In this document: positions 8,225 through 16,847 of the stretch, piece after piece
Numbering within the stretch: position 1 is the first letter of the stretch
Layout of the letters: each line of letters begins with the position of its first letter
NCBI GenBank assembly: GCA_050331235.1
Contig: JBHJHA010000107.1
Span: 1 to 21,484 of the forward strand
Direction of reading: 5' to 3'
Length of the DNA: 21,484 nucleotides
DNA from: Leptolyngbyaceae cyanobacterium
GTDB taxonomy: Bacteria > Cyanobacteriota > Cyanobacteriia > Phormidesmidales > Phormidesmidaceae
Notes under the pieces: generated by a model
The model's database searches: none
Told to the model about the DNA's origin: nothing
The model's input: only the letters and a program-made list of their open reading frames with translations
Translations under genes and position numbers: made by a program

Positions 8225-8766
8225 GTGAAAAGAGTGGCTGTATTCGGTAATGCCGGCGGCGGAAAGTCTACCCTCAGCCAACGCCTGGCTGACTTGACCG
8301 GACTGCCCTGGGTGCCGCTTGATGCGATGAAATACCAACCTGGTGGCGGCGAAGTCTCCCAGGCTGAATTTAAAGCTGCCCATGATGCGTTATTGCAGCA
8401 AGACCAATGGGTTGTGGATGGCTTCGGCTCTATAGATACGGTCTGGGAATGATTGACAGTTGCCGACCTTTGGTGTTTCTCGATATGCCTGTATGGCGGC
8501 ACTATTGGTGGGTTACGAAGCGATTTTTGCAAGGGAGGTGGGTGCCGCCGCTGGGCTGGCCAGAGCAGAGTCCGTTGTTGAAAGGAACGCTAAATTCCTA
8601 CACCATTGTCTGGTTGTGCCATACCAAACTGACTCCTAGATATCGAAAATATGTAGAGCAAGCTCAGGCAACCAAGCTGGTATATCACCTGCGATCGCCC
8701 CAGGACATTGCTCAGTTTTACCGAACCCTAGCCGCGCAAACTGATGTTACGGAATCCAGGAGTTGA
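8225..8766 (+). pseudogene. Adenylate kinase-like / DNA topology modulation (FlaR-type) P-loop protein, disrupted
   Basis: KRVAVFGNAGGGKSTL...WVVDG, then TGA at 8450-8452 and a 1-nt frameshift near 8468. Repair gives TVWE(R)LTVAD(T)LVFLDMP. Confidence 0.85.
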
Positions 8767-8769
8767 ACC

Positions 8770-9393
8770 ATGGCTCAAGCAACTAAATTTTGGGACAAGA
8801 TTGCCGAAAAATACGCGAAGCAACCCATCGCCGATGAAGCTGCCTATCAGAAAAAGCTAGCGATCACCCGCGACTACTTAACCCCCGAAATGGAAGTACT
8901 GGAAATTGGTTGTGGTACGGGGTCAACGGCTCTCCTCCATGCTCCCTATGTAAAGCACATTCGCGCTGTAGATTTCTCTGCCAATATGATTGCCATTTCC
9001 CAGGGCAAAGCCGAGGCCCAAAATATTGGCAATGTGACGTTTGAGCAATCCACTATTGAGGACCTTGACATTCTGGAGCAGAGCCTGGATGGGGTGCTGG
9101 CCCTCAGCATTTTGCATTTGTTACGAGATAAGGAAGCCGCGATCGCTGGCGTTTACCAAATGCTTAAGCCTGGTGGCATTTTGGTCACCAGTATGACCTG
9201 TCTGGGCGACACTATGGGCTGGTTCAAGCTTGTCGCCCCAATCGGCCGTTTCCTGGGATTTTTTCCCTTTGTTGCTGTGTTTACGATCCAAGAGCTGGTA
9301 GACAGCCTGACTCAGACCGGATTTGAATTGGAGCATCAATGGCAACCGGCTCCAGGTAAGGCAGTATTTATAGTGGCAAAAAAGCCAGCCTAA
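8770..9393 (+). CDS. Class I SAM-dependent methyltransferase
   Basis: FWDKIAEKY, VLEIGCGTGSTA, AVDFSANMI, SILHLL, LKPGG. Confidence 0.93.
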   Translation: MAQATKFWDKIAEKYAKQPIADEAAYQKKLAITRDYLTPEMEVLEIGCGTGSTALLHAPYVKHIRAVDFSANMIAISQGKAEAQNIGNVTFEQSTIEDLDILEQSLDGVLALSILHLLRDKEAAIAGVYQMLKPGGILVTSMTCLGDTMGWFKLVAPIGRFLGFFPFVAVFTIQELVDSLTQTGFELEHQWQPAPGKAVFIVAKKPA

Positions 9394-9396
9394 ATC

Positions 9397-10044
9397 ATGA
9401 TGAATCTGGAACTAGATCACGTTTTTATCTTGGTCGAACTAGGAGCCCAAGTTGCCGATCGCTTTCTGGAACTCGGTTTTCAAGAAGGGCCGCGTAATAC
9501 CCATCCGGGACAGGGGACGGCCAATCGTCGGTTCTACTTTTCTAATGGCATGCTGGAATTTATTTGGCTGCAGGATGCAGAGGAAGCGAGCAATGGCCCC
9601 GGTCGAGATCTGGGCTTTTCTGAGCGAGCTGTAGATCCGACCGCATCGCCGTTTGGGGTAATTTTTGTACCCCGCTACGACGCGATCAATCAAGCAATGC
9701 CTTTTCCTGGTTGGCATTACCAACCTGCTTACTTTCCACCCCCCAAAGGGTTCCATGTGGGTGCCAATTCTAAAAACTTGAGGGAACCACTCTGTTTCTA
9801 TTTCCCGTTTTACAATCCGGCCAGATCCCGACCGCAGTCGCCACGTAATTCACACATCGTTACGGAGGTCGTTATCTACACGCCATCAACGGATACGCAA
9901 GGTGTCTTAGCGCTGGCTTCGCAGTGCGATCGCCTTTCGATTAAATCTGCTAACGAACATCTCATGGAGATCACGTTAAACGGTCATGCTTTGGGACACA
10001 TGCAGGACTTTCGACCGGCTATGCCGCTAATTTTGTACAGATAG
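9397..10044 (+). CDS. VOC / glyoxalase-like domain protein
   Basis: LELDHVFI...LGFQEG..NTHPGQGTANRRFYFSNGMLEFIW (Glyoxalase_3-type pattern). Confidence 0.82.
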   Translation: MMNLELDHVFILVELGAQVADRFLELGFQEGPRNTHPGQGTANRRFYFSNGMLEFIWLQDAEEASNGPGRDLGFSERAVDPTASPFGVIFVPRYDAINQAMPFPGWHYQPAYFPPPKGFHVGANSKNLREPLCFYFPFYNPARSRPQSPRNSHIVTEVVIYTPSTDTQGVLALASQCDRLSIKSANEHLMEITLNGHALGHMQDFRPAMPLILYR

Positions 10045-10143
10045 TCGTGAGACTGCTGCATAGTGACAGCGAGCCACAGTCAGGTTGGACCACGGGCGAT
10101 CGGCGGATCGCCCATGGCGAAGCCCTGCTTTTCGCAAATCGAC

Positions 10144-10187
10144 AAAAAGGAAGAACAACCCGGTCAGCCATCTAAACCGGGTTGTTC
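10144..10187 (-). terminator. Intrinsic terminator between convergent genes
   Basis: Perfect 12-bp IR GAACAACCCGGT (10153-10164) / ACCGGGTTGTTC (10176-10187), followed on the minus strand by TTCCTTTTT. Confidence 0.7.
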
Positions 10188-10219
10188 ATTTACTCATCAT
10201 TTGGCGGTGCAAGCGTTAC

Positions 10220-10723
10220 CTAAAGCTGAAACAGTAGAACAATCAGCAACGCCGATGCCAAGCTAGCAAAAGGCGTTCTGACTAGATTCCATAGGTTCCA
10301 TCGCGGTTCGAAATTCAGGCGGGCAGCCTTTAGTGCTGCTTTATCCATGGCATCAACGTTCAGCGCTTGAAGTCGGTTGTTTAGCGGGACGTTGATCGTA
10401 AAGGTGGACAATTGGACACCCAGGATATAAATCACAGGAACTGAGACTAGCAGTAAGCGCTGTGCACCCTCTAGTTGGCCAAAGCCCAATCCAGCCGCAG
10501 CTACCGATGCCACTACGGACCCCATCCACACTGCCACAAATAGCGGTTGGTTGTTTTGGATGACACCGTCAATTACCTGAAAGGCTCGGATAAATTCTCG
10601 GTCATTCAACGTTTTAATACCAGGCATGACGACTGTGGCAAATGCGAATAAGAAGCCTGCTACGAGGGAGCACAGCAAGGTCGCTATGATCAGAACAATT
10701 TGGAAGGTTGGTTCAGTAAACAT
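10220..10723 (-). CDS. DUF1772 / anthrone oxygenase family membrane protein
   Basis: Four hydrophobic segments; LVAGFLFAFATVVMPG, TFTINVPLNNRL, FEPRWNLWNLVRT. Confidence 0.88.
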   Translation of the reverse strand: MFTEPTFQIVLIIATLLCSLVAGFLFAFATVVMPGIKTLNDREFIRAFQVIDGVIQNNQPLFVAVWMGSVVASVAAAGLGFGQLEGAQRLLLVSVPVIYILGVQLSTFTINVPLNNRLQALNVDAMDKAALKAARLNFEPRWNLWNLVRTPFASLASALLIVLLFQL

Positions 10724-10869
10724 CGTTTAGGGTCCTTCTTTGAAAAGTCAGCAGTTGGGAGATGACAAAGTATCGGGTTGATCCGTGAGGAGGTTGGGGA
10801 GGGAAGCCGCGATCGCGTCGGCTGCTCAGCGGATATCCTCTGGAACGTTGCATTGCACAAAGGAGCAAT

Positions 10870-11499
10870 TTAGTAAGACAAGCTAGGCGTCTGGTGTAGA
10901 GATGACTGATCAGAGAGTTGCTTAAGGATGAAATCCGCCACGTCTGCCCGAGAAATTTGCAGGGTGATGTTTCGGTCGGTGCTAGGGAAACTGTGGCGAT
11001 AGTGACCCGTCCGGGGTCCATCGATAAAGGCACTGGGTCGTACGATAGTCCAGTCTAAGCTGCTGTTTCGCACTAGGGCTTCCTGCCGCTCGTGGTCGGC
11101 AAATACCTGGCGCAAGATGAAGCCAAACATGATGTACTTCCAGTAAAAATCGAGGTTGCTCCAGCTATCGCCAGCCCCCAGGGTTGACTGGCAAATTAGT
11201 CGGCGCACTCCCACTTTTTCCATTGCCTGGATAATCCGCTGGGTCCCCTCGGAGCGCACCGTGCCGGTCACCTTTTTGCCAGATCCTAGTACACAGACCA
11301 CGGCGTCTTGCCCCCGGACAGCCTGCTCTACCGCTGAGGCATCCATCACATCCCCTGGGATGAAGCTGAGGTGAGGATGTTGGATGTCAAGCTTGGTCAG
11401 ATTGCGGGCAAAGGCAGTGACGGTGTGTCCTTGTTCAAGGGCTTGCTGAACGACCTGTCGGCCAACGGTGCCGGTGGCACCAAAAATTACGAGTTTCAT
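10870..11499 (-). CDS. NAD(P)H-binding oxidoreductase (atypical SDR, flavin reductase/BVR-B-like)
   Basis: MKLVIFGATGTVG, GHTVTAFARN, GQDAVV, LDWTIVRP, ISRADVADF. GAGG precedes ATG 11499. Confidence 0.92.
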   Translation of the reverse strand: MKLVIFGATGTVGRQVVQQALEQGHTVTAFARNLTKLDIQHPHLSFIPGDVMDASAVEQAVRGQDAVVCVLGSGKKVTGTVRSEGTQRIIQAMEKVGVRRLICQSTLGAGDSWSNLDFYWKYIMFGFILRQVFADHERQEALVRNSSLDWTIVRPSAFIDGPRTGHYRHSFPSTDRNITLQISRADVADFILKQLSDQSSLHQTPSLSY

Positions 11500-11555
11500 G
11501 GATTGATTCCTCAATGAAGACATCCTTAGCCTACGGAGGACGACAGGTTGGCGCT

Positions 11556-11589
11556 TGTCATTTCTTGCGGGTCTGTCACTTTCTTGCGG
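11556..11589 (-). promoter_or_regulatory. Tandem direct repeat, probable activator binding site
   Basis: TGTCATTTCTTGCGG (11556-11570) and TGTCACTTTCTTGCGG (11574-11589), 57-90 nt upstream of the oxidoreductase start. Confidence 0.5.
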
Positions 11590-11965
11590 TGGCTTGTAAA
11601 ACTCATTGAAGCTGAGTTGAGATTAGTGCCGACTTGACTAGAGTGGAAATCAGGCGTTGGCCGCGATCGCGGTTCTGGCTGTATCCTCATTTCGGCCTAG
11701 CCAAAGGCAACATAAACCAGAGCGTTGTACATCCATCACACGCCAGGACCGAAACCGCATCACAACCTCTGATGGTGTGATCTTGAGTCCCTCATGTTCA
11801 AACCTAAGACTTGCGCAGCTCGCACTAACGATGACCATAGAGTTTTGAGAGGTGGTGGCCATGGCTTGTTTGCACTTTTTCCAAGTAAGCGCAGAAGAGG
11901 TGTCTCCCTGGATGCGGACAATCAACTGTTGGCTAGCACCCAAGGAGTCACCCAGCAAAAACTGG

Positions 11966-13336
11966 TTATGAGTTGGCTTTTAAGACAACTTGGATACCAT
12001 GCTTAGGCTTTAAAGCAAGCGAGGTTCGAGGTTCAATCGTCTGATCGGGCACCAAATCTAGCTGAAACTGCTGGGAAATAGTTGCTAATAGTAAGAGTGC
12101 TTCCATCATTGCAAAATTCTTACCAATACAGAAACGAGGACCATCATTGAACGGGAAATACACACCACGCGGCAATTGTTTCTCTAGATCATTGGCCCAG
12201 CGCTCTGGTTGAAACGTTTCCGGCTCGTCGAAGTAGCGTGGATCACGATGCATAGCCCATTAGCTGCCAATTACAGTTGTCCCCCTGGGAATGATGTATC
12301 CATCCAATTCATAATCCTCAGCAGCTTCTCGCGCAAATTCGTGTGCTGGTGGATAAAGTCGCAGAGATTCTTTAAGTACCCAATTTGCGTAAGTTAGCTG
12401 CGGCAGATCCGCCTCAGTTGGGGGGCGACCATTCAATACGGTCTTGAGCTCCGCATTAAGCTGTTCGCGCACTTGGGGGTGCCGGGCCAATAGCATCCAG
12501 GTCCAAGAGAGCAAGTTGGCAGTGGTTTCATGTCCAGCCACAATAAATGTTGCTGATTCATCCCGCAATTGTTGGTCGGTCATGCGCGTCCCATCATCAG
12601 CATCTTCGACCTGCATCAATAACCCCAGTAAATCGTTGCCTGTCAGGCCATTGGCACGTCGGTGATTGATGATGGCATAAACAGCTTCGTCAAAGAGCGC
12701 GATCGCATCTTGATATGCTTTATCGATGCTTTCAGCAGACTCAACCGATGCCTGAACCTGTTATTCGCCAATTTCCACTAGGGTCGCTGCAACCGCTACG
12801 TCTGTATTGTGATCTAACCAATCCTGAAAGATCTCTAAAACATGGTTGATCCGTTTCGCTGCCTCGTCTTGTACTTCCTGGTTAAAGAGAGTTTTCATCA
12901 CAATATCGAGGGCGAGTCGCATCATGTCCGCGCTCACATCCCGGACTGTCCCATCTTGCCAATTCTCTAACATGCGCTGAGTGTATTCCACCATCGTATT
13001 GGCGTAGGCATCGATATTCTTTTGGCGGAAGATGGGTTGCGCCAGTCGCCGCTGTCGCGCCCAAAAATCCCCTTCACTAGTGAATAAGCCTTTGCCTAGC
13101 AAGCCGTCCATCGATTGAGTCTCTTTGTCTTTGATGAACGCACGCGGATATTTCAAGACCTCACTGATGTAGTCAGGGTCGTTTAAGACACAGACCAACT
13201 CATCACCCAATTGCAAGGGAACGATACCTTCATACTGTTGGTGGCAACGCTGCAGAAATCCTAAGCGATCTAGACTCATTTCCCGAAGGGCGGTAATGCC
13301 ATCGGGTCGGGGAAGGGCCATTAAATCTCGGCTCAT
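11966..13336 (-). pseudogene. Cytochrome P450 with two in-frame TAA stops
   Basis: Three ORF pieces share one frame, with stops at 12763-12761 and 12262-12260. Motifs AGHETT, ESLR (ExxR), PERW and heme loop FNDGPRFCIG. Confidence 0.93.
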
Positions 13337-13365
13337 TTTAAGGTGTCCTAAATTTACAGCACAAA

Positions 13366-13414
13366 ACATGAGCTACACTCATGTCGTGAGTTCAAAAATG
13401 AGAAGCCCCCATGT
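13366..13414. promoter_or_regulatory. Two TetR-type operators
   Basis: Perfect ACATGAG-N5-CTCATGT (13366-13384) and imperfect AAATGAG-N5-CCCATGT (13396-13414, overlapping ATG 13411) between the divergent P450 and TetR genes. Confidence 0.65.
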
Positions 13415-14094
13415 CTATCGGTTCATCAAGAGCTAACGGAATGCGGCGAAAGCCCGTGCAAGCCCGTAGTCAAGAACGGGTTCAGCGAGTTCTAGATGTA
13501 GCAGAAGACCTATTTACGACCCAGGGTTACGCTGCCACAACAACCAAGGAAATTGCGGCCCAAGCCCAGATACCGATTGGGTCGCTTTACCAGTTTTTTC
13601 CCAACAAAGCGGCCATTGTACAGGCGTTATTTGTGCGTTATAACGATTTGCTTCATCAGCGATTAGCGCTTTCTAATGATGCAGAGCTGCCAAAATTGGC
13701 TTTAGCTAATTTTGTGGATAAGTTGACTGATATCAGCATTAATTTCTATTTAGAGAATCCGGGTTATCACAAAATTTATATGGAAGCGCAAGATGCAGCA
13801 TTTGAACTCAATAAAATCGAGGAAGCTGTAGATGCAAAGCTTGTTCAAGAATTAGTGGTTTTGCTTAAACAGCGAGAGGCTATTCAAGAGGAAGTAAATT
13901 ATGAAGCGATCGCCTGCGTCTTGATTAATGCAGGTAGCCAGGTAATATGGATGGCTCTTGGCCAAGATCCAGGATTTCAGCAACAGTTATTTGCAGAAAT
14001 TAAACGATTCTCTTTAAGCTACCTGCAAAGCTATTTTTCATCCGATGTCAAGCCAACCGACCAGATTCATGAGCCTGATTATCAAAAGCCTTAG
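13411..14094 (+). CDS. TetR/AcrR family transcriptional regulator
   Basis: RRKPVQARSQERVQRVLDVAEDLF...TTTKEIAAQAQIPIGSLYQFFPNK HTH. Alternative start 13441. Confidence 0.95.
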   Translation: MSIGSSRANGMRRKPVQARSQERVQRVLDVAEDLFTTQGYAATTTKEIAAQAQIPIGSLYQFFPNKAAIVQALFVRYNDLLHQRLALSNDAELPKLALANFVDKLTDISINFYLENPGYHKIYMEAQDAAFELNKIEEAVDAKLVQELVVLLKQREAIQEEVNYEAIACVLINAGSQVIWMALGQDPGFQQQLFAEIKRFSLSYLQSYFSSDVKPTDQIHEPDYQKP

Positions 14095-14147
14095 CCTTGA
14101 GTGTGCAATACGGCTCAGATTTTGCTGTTTACCCAGGTAGATAAAGA

Positions 14148-14810
14148 GTGCTTAACCCACAGCTTGGAAATAATCAACAGTGTCCAATGCCAGTTCAACG
14201 TCTAGCTCGACTCAGTGACATTATTTTCGCTGTGGCCATGACCATCCTGGCCATCATTTTTGATCCAGTATCGACGGATGACATATCCTCGGAAACAGCG
14301 GCGCAAGTGCTGTGGCAGCAGTTGCCAGGGATAGGAATTTATGCTCTGACATTTGTCACGCTGGGGTTTTACTGGTTCACCCATGTGCATCAGTTAAAGT
14401 ATTACCAAAAGACTGATTCAATTCATACTTTTCTGACTCTGTTTGCACTCTTATTCGTAGTGCTGCTTACCTATGCCAGCGATCTGTTAGGGGCTTATGA
14501 GGGCGTATTTGCCATCAACTTACTTTACAGTTTGGCGGCGATAGGAGTGGGATTTTTTTCCATCGCCGGATGGATCTATGGCACTCAAAACCGGCGATTA
14601 GTGGCACCTGATTTGTCTGACGAAACCATTCGCCATCTTCGTCAGGAAAGCTATATTGAGCCCACCATTTATCTACTAGCAATTGGGGCAGGTTGGCTAG
14701 TTTCTTGGGGATGGAGCATCACTGTAACACTGGGTTTTCCGATCGCTTTTTTGATTCAGGCAGCGTTATCTCGCCAGCAAACCGAGACCACTGAAGTTGC
14801 CTCGGAGTAA
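14148..14810 (+). CDS. TMEM175-family (DUF1211) putative K+ channel
   Basis: RLARLSDIIFAVAMTIL (cf. RxxxFSDxxFAIxxTLL), Y.LTF..LG.YW..H, about 6 TM segments. Alternative start 14187. Confidence 0.85.
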   Translation: MLNPQLGNNQQCPMPVQRLARLSDIIFAVAMTILAIIFDPVSTDDISSETAAQVLWQQLPGIGIYALTFVTLGFYWFTHVHQLKYYQKTDSIHTFLTLFALLFVVLLTYASDLLGAYEGVFAINLLYSLAAIGVGFFSIAGWIYGTQNRRLVAPDLSDETIRHLRQESYIEPTIYLLAIGAGWLVSWGWSITVTLGFPIAFLIQAALSRQQTETTEVASE

Positions 14811-14847
14811 AGTCAGTTACTTATGATTCAGGATGATGAGCCTGGTG

Positions 14848-15042
14848 CTAATACGAGTTACGTGGGGAACGCTCCGAATCAAGCTGCTCGAAGCAGCCTC
14901 CCTACCCCAGCTTATTGCCTCGACTAATGCCAATTCTCTGTCATAGTGGTACAGATTTGAAGATCCCCCGCTGTCGCTGCCCCCTTGAAAAAAGGGCTGT
15001 GAAGAATCTATGTATAGTCGCGATTCGTAAAAATAGTATAAG
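14848..15042. repeat. Degenerate MITE/REP-like remnants
   Basis: 14848-14921 aligns loosely with 17800-17873. 14924-15042 has imperfect inverted ends (CTAATGCCAATT...AAATAGTATAAG) around a CCCCC..CCCCCTTGAAAAAAGGG core. Confidence 0.35.
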
Positions 15043-15171
15043 TTGTCGCGTAGTGTGAGCGATCGCCGCGTTGCTCTGGACCTTGAGAACTAGGGCGATC
15101 GCCCCCTTTGAGAAGTCTTAGGCATTATCTTGAGGCCGCGATACCCCCTGCCATTTAGGGATGTTGCAGCT

Positions 15172-16074
15172 TTACAAAAAGCCTTCATCTACTTCGCTGT
15201 AGATGTAATTGAAGATCTCCTCACCCGTCGCCAAATTCAGCACGACCATGCGCTGGTTACGCCGGTCATACATTACCCGAAAGCGGCCATCGGACCCCAC
15301 AAACGTGTCTCCCGACGAGCGATATAGCGAACCGTCAAAGTAAAACTGCCCGTCAATCATGGTAACGGCATACTCATTGTCATTAACCCGCGTGATGTAC
15401 CACTCTGCCGGTGGACCAGTCGCGTAGTCATCAGAGGCGGCTTCACTATTAACGTCAGAGCTACCGATAGTGCCAGTGTATAGATAGTTGTAAAGCTCAG
15501 CTCCCGTCTCATTTGAAATGACCGCGACGTTATCACTATCGCCGTAGTAAATCACTCGAATCCCGTGGTCAATCGCCTGATACACCTCGCCATAGGTGCG
15601 GTGCATTTCATCTCGGAAGTAAAAATTACCATCCACAATTTGAATGATGATATGGTCTGGTCCCTGGCGGGTCATATATGTGGTGGGTGTTGAGCTACGG
15701 GCGATCGACGTCGCACCCGGCACATCATCAAAATCCACCGGTGTGGTGTAGTAGTCGTAGAATGTTTCGCCCGTTTCATCGCTGTAGACCGTGACCCGCC
15801 CGGTAGAAGGGATGAGTGTAACGACGAAGCTGCGGTCTTGGCCAATGTAGGAATTTTCACCTGGTCGCAGCGTCGTGTAAATCCGCTGGTTTCCGCTGGT
15901 AATTTGAATATCGATACTACCATCCTGGCGCACGGTGGTGTAAGTATCGCCCAGGGGCGTTTGAGCCAACTGGACGGGAGTCAGCAGATTTGCCTGGGCG
16001 GGCAGCGTGACGGTGCTGACCGATCCTAAGATGAGCGCTGCAGAAAATAGCGAAAGGGGATATTTCATGATCAA
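15172..16074 (-). CDS. Secreted hypothetical protein with three ~70-aa beta-rich repeats
   Basis: Signal peptide ending AQA. Repeats at aa ~43-110, 131-200 and 224-293 each end (S/N)xxTGxxx(Y/F)(D/N)Y. Confidence 0.85.
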   Translation of the reverse strand: MIMKYPLSLFSAALILGSVSTVTLPAQANLLTPVQLAQTPLGDTYTTVRQDGSIDIQITSGNQRIYTTLRPGENSYIGQDRSFVVTLIPSTGRVTVYSDETGETFYDYYTTPVDFDDVPGATSIARSSTPTTYMTRQGPDHIIIQIVDGNFYFRDEMHRTYGEVYQAIDHGIRVIYYGDSDNVAVISNETGAELYNYLYTGTIGSSDVNSEAASDDYATGPPAEWYITRVNDNEYAVTMIDGQFYFDGSLYRSSGDTFVGSDGRFRVMYDRRNQRMVVLNLATGEEIFNYIYSEVDEGFL

Positions 16075-16137
16075 AACGAAACGTTGGTGATGGGAAAGGT
16101 GGCTTGTCTACGGGAAACTAAATGGCACTCAACAAAC

Positions 16138-16773
16138 TTAGAAGCCATCGCTGGGAAAGATAATGAAGTCACTACGAACCCAGCCAACGGCACCCGATTC
16201 TAAAAACTGTACTTCGCACCAGTTGAGATCGCTGCTTGCGGTGTCGGTATCCTGCACGCATTGCAAAATTTCGATCTGATCGCCGGCTAAGCCGTAGCTC
16301 TGTGCGTAGGAATAGATCGTAGGCTCACTGCGTACGTTAATTTGCGAACCGCGATCGTGGGCATACAATGTCCCCACGCGTTGGCCATACTCTTGCACTG
16401 GTTCACTACCGTAGGAACTGTTGTAGTCCCAATAGACGTAAAGTTCTGAACCATCGGGAAATTCAAAGCTTTGGCCAGACTCAAAGACGTCTTGATCAAT
16501 CAGCCCACCATACTGGTCAGTGTATTCGCCGGATTGTCCAGTTGGGGTAAAGTCGTAACGGATGTTATTTACCTGAAACTGGACGCCGATGTACCCTTGC
16601 CGTTGGGAGAATGTACAGGTGCTGGATAGGTAGGCGTAAGTTTCGCCAGGAGCATAGAGATCGCAATGGGCAGGGGCGGTATCCGCTTTTGCGTAAGTTG
16701 CTAGACCCAAGGGCGCTAAGGTGGCAACCAGAGCGAGGGAAAGGGATCTTTTTTTTATCAAATTTCTGACCAT
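16138..16773 (-). CDS. Secreted protein with C-terminal bacterial SH3 domain
   Basis: Signal peptide (KKR + hydrophobic + AKA). N-domain C..CTFSQRQGY; C-domain SQINVRSEP...GDQIEIL...WCEVQF...GWVRSDFI (SH3_3 pattern). ATG 16773 preferred. Confidence 0.88.
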   Translation of the reverse strand: MVRNLIKKRSLSLALVATLAPLGLATYAKADTAPAHCDLYAPGETYAYLSSTCTFSQRQGYIGVQFQVNNIRYDFTPTGQSGEYTDQYGGLIDQDVFESGQSFEFPDGSELYVYWDYNSSYGSEPVQEYGQRVGTLYAHDRGSQINVRSEPTIYSYAQSYGLAGDQIEILQCVQDTDTASSDLNWCEVQFLESGAVGWVRSDFIIFPSDGF

Positions 16774-16847
16774 AGTGTTCTTACAGATACTGAGCATCTC
16801 ATCCAGACAAATCTTTGTACACAACCTAACGCTTAGCAAGAGTCCAA

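Noticed and set aside
11650..12006. ORFs 11650-11958, 11657-11848, 11794-12006 as a regulator or transposase remnant
   Set aside because: No HTH, DDE or other recognisable motif in any frame examined.
15059..15102. Hairpin closed by two HIP1 copies as a terminator
   Set aside because: Pairing comes mostly from the self-complementary HIP1, the inner stem is weak and there is no U-tract.
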